A stretch of DNA of 59,515 bases from an uncultured Lachnospiraceae bacterium (GTDB taxonomy: Bacteria; Bacillota; Clostridia; Lachnospirales; Lachnospiraceae), in NCBI GenBank assembly GCA_946538525.1, contig CAMNGU010000001.1:1-59515 (forward strand), in the 5' to 3' direction. A program made the translations under genes and the position numbers. Shown one piece after another: positions 58,114 through 59,515 of this stretch. The notes beneath the pieces are model-generated. The model worked only from the letters and a program-made list of their open reading frames with translations, did no database searches and was not told the origin of the DNA. Every line of letters starts with the position of its first letter. Position 1 is the first letter of the stretch.

Positions 58114-58803
58114 GTGGATAATTATCAGGATCCAAATCAGAATAATAATACAAATGATCAGAGTGGTAGTGGGTATTTAAATCAGCAGCAATATGATTAT
58201 AATACTCGGGATAATTATAATATTCAAAATGATTATCAAGCTCAAGGTGGCTATCAGTATACCAATGGATATCCGCAGGCAAATGGGTTTGAACAGGCAA
58301 ATGGGTTTGAACAGGCGAATGGATATCAACAGGTGAATGGATATCAACCGGCAAATGGGTATCAACCAACCGATGGATATCAACCGGCAAATGGGTATCA
58401 ACCAGCTAGTGGTTATTCGCAGGCTCCGATTCAGGGGCAGGTTTCTCAAGAGGATAATAATAAAGCTAGTCTTCTTTGTACTATTTCGTTGGTATGTCAT
58501 TTTGTGGTGCCAGTAGTGATGACACTTATCCTTGCTGCATTAAGTGATTTTTTTAAATCGGGAGATATTTCAAGTGTTGAGAGTTCAGCTGAGGACGCTT
58601 TCGTAGGTCTATGTTCTATAGTTACAGGTGTGTCCTATCTTGCTTCCTGGGTTCTAATGATTATTGCAAGAGCTAAGTATAGGCGTAGTGTTTTTGCGAA
58701 GGTTGTTATGTGGATATATATTGTTTTATTAATCCTTGGGGTTATTGCGACTGTTGTCTTAATAATGACATGTGTAAATATGATAAGGCAGTGTCCGGGT
58801 TAA
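58114..58803 (+). CDS. Membrane protein with a Q/N/Y-rich repetitive N-terminus and three C-terminal TMs
   Basis: AGGGG SD before GTG 58114; hexapeptide repeats; ends CVNMIRQCPG. Confidence 0.7.
   Translation: MDNYQDPNQNNNTNDQSGSGYLNQQQYDYNTRDNYNIQNDYQAQGGYQYTNGYPQANGFEQANGFEQANGYQQVNGYQPANGYQPTDGYQPANGYQPASGYSQAPIQGQVSQEDNNKASLLCTISLVCHFVVPVVMTLILAALSDFFKSGDISSVESSAEDAFVGLCSIVTGVSYLASWVLMIIARAKYRRSVFAKVVMWIYIVLLILGVIATVVLIMTCVNMIRQCPG
58264..58425 (+). repeat. In-frame 18-bp tandem repeat, about 9 copies (NGYQPA/NGFEQA)
   Basis: AATGG(A/G)T(A/T)T(C/G)AAC..GC. units read directly; more degenerate units upstream from about 58192. Confidence 0.9.
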
Positions 58804-58811
58804 AGGGTGAT

Positions 58812-59504
58812 ATGCAGATTTTTATTCCGGAAATGAAATATTCCTTTTATTCCCCTATCGTTCTTCTTAGTATTGGGATTGGAATGCTAGTGGCATGTGT
58901 ATTGATGAGAAAGAGTGGCGTATCTAAGAACGCTGTAATTTATACCATGCTTCTTACATTTGTATTCATATTAACAGTTTCATTTATGGTATCTATTATA
59001 TTGGCGGGAGATATCAGGAGAGTTGGATTTGTGGGAGCCGGTGGTGCTCTTGGATTAATAGTTGGCGCAGTTATCTCAGTCTTTATTATGGGAGAAGATA
59101 AGATTAATTCTTTAGTCCCTTGGGTTCTTGCGGCGCCACTTATGTATGGGCTTTCAAAGATAGCTTGTCATATATCAGGATGTTGCTATGGGATACCATA
59201 TGAAGGTCCAGGAAGAGTAATATATGCATCAAAAGGGATGGAAGGGTATTTCCCTATCCAGCTATTGGAAGTGATTACATTTGTGGTAATCTTTGTTATA
59301 GGACTTGTTATATATCTTAAGAATGAGAATAATAGAATCCTTTCAGCGAGGATTGTAATCATTATGTCCGCAGTATTCAAAATTGGATTAGAATACTTAA
59401 GATTTTCACATATTGGAAAAATGGTAACAGGTTATCAGATCCTCATCCTAGCCATTGCGGTTGTGGCGTACATAACCAGCGTGGTTATTGAAAAATGGAA
59501 CTGA
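58812..59504 (+). CDS. Divergent Lgt-family (prolipoprotein diacylglyceryl transferase-like) membrane protein
   Basis: G...GG..G, KIAC..SGCCYG.P, P.QL.E and E.LR motifs, about seven TMs; AAGGGTG SD before ATG 58812. Confidence 0.75.
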   Translation: MQIFIPEMKYSFYSPIVLLSIGIGMLVACVLMRKSGVSKNAVIYTMLLTFVFILTVSFMVSIILAGDIRRVGFVGAGGALGLIVGAVISVFIMGEDKINSLVPWVLAAPLMYGLSKIACHISGCCYGIPYEGPGRVIYASKGMEGYFPIQLLEVITFVVIFVIGLVIYLKNENNRILSARIVIIMSAVFKIGLEYLRFSHIGKMVTGYQILILAIAVVAYITSVVIEKWN

Positions 59505-59515
59505 AAATGAAAGAG

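Noticed and set aside
1-59515. Prophage, IS, integron, tRNA or rRNA
   Set aside because: No integrase, transposase or phage structural ORFs, no cloverleaf or rRNA-like GC-rich segment, and no obvious compositional island seen by eye.

Overview
Low-GC Firmicute chromosomal segment. Gene content suggests a rumen/gut Lachnospiraceae-type anaerobe (inference). I see no rRNA, tRNA, CRISPR, transposase or phage genes. It opens with a redox/H2-sensing cluster: the 3' end of a Rex-like gene, a kinase, a 2Fe-2S protein, a PAS-containing sensory [FeFe]-hydrogenase, a SpoIIE phosphatase and a catalytic [FeFe]-hydrogenase. The rest carries glycoside hydrolases (GH39, GH127/146, GH16-CBM4, GH5), three two-component systems, five GGDEF/EAL proteins, two ABC exporter operons, an Lsa/CplR-type ABC-F with a readable uORF attenuator plus a MATE pump, and housekeeping enzymes. 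The strongest unexplained signals are: (1) a 400-bp intergenic array at 5820-6219 of seven bipartite motifs GGT(G/T)CCAA-N17-ATATACGCAC, three forward then four reverse, spaced at exactly 63 or 52 bp (about 6 and 5 helical turns); (2) an intact dnaA with no dnaN, rpmH or DnaA boxes nearby, translationally coupled to a 105-aa unknown gene; (3) an XRE-Uma2 nuclease fusion whose promoter is bracketed by a perfect inverted repeat; (4) pervasive 9-18-bp tandem micro-duplications inside and between genes; (5) several unusual fusions or motif-degenerate paralogs (rhodanese-TtcA, DUF1294-phosphoesterase-PASTA, Lgt-like). All family assignments come from motif recognition by eye, not database searches.
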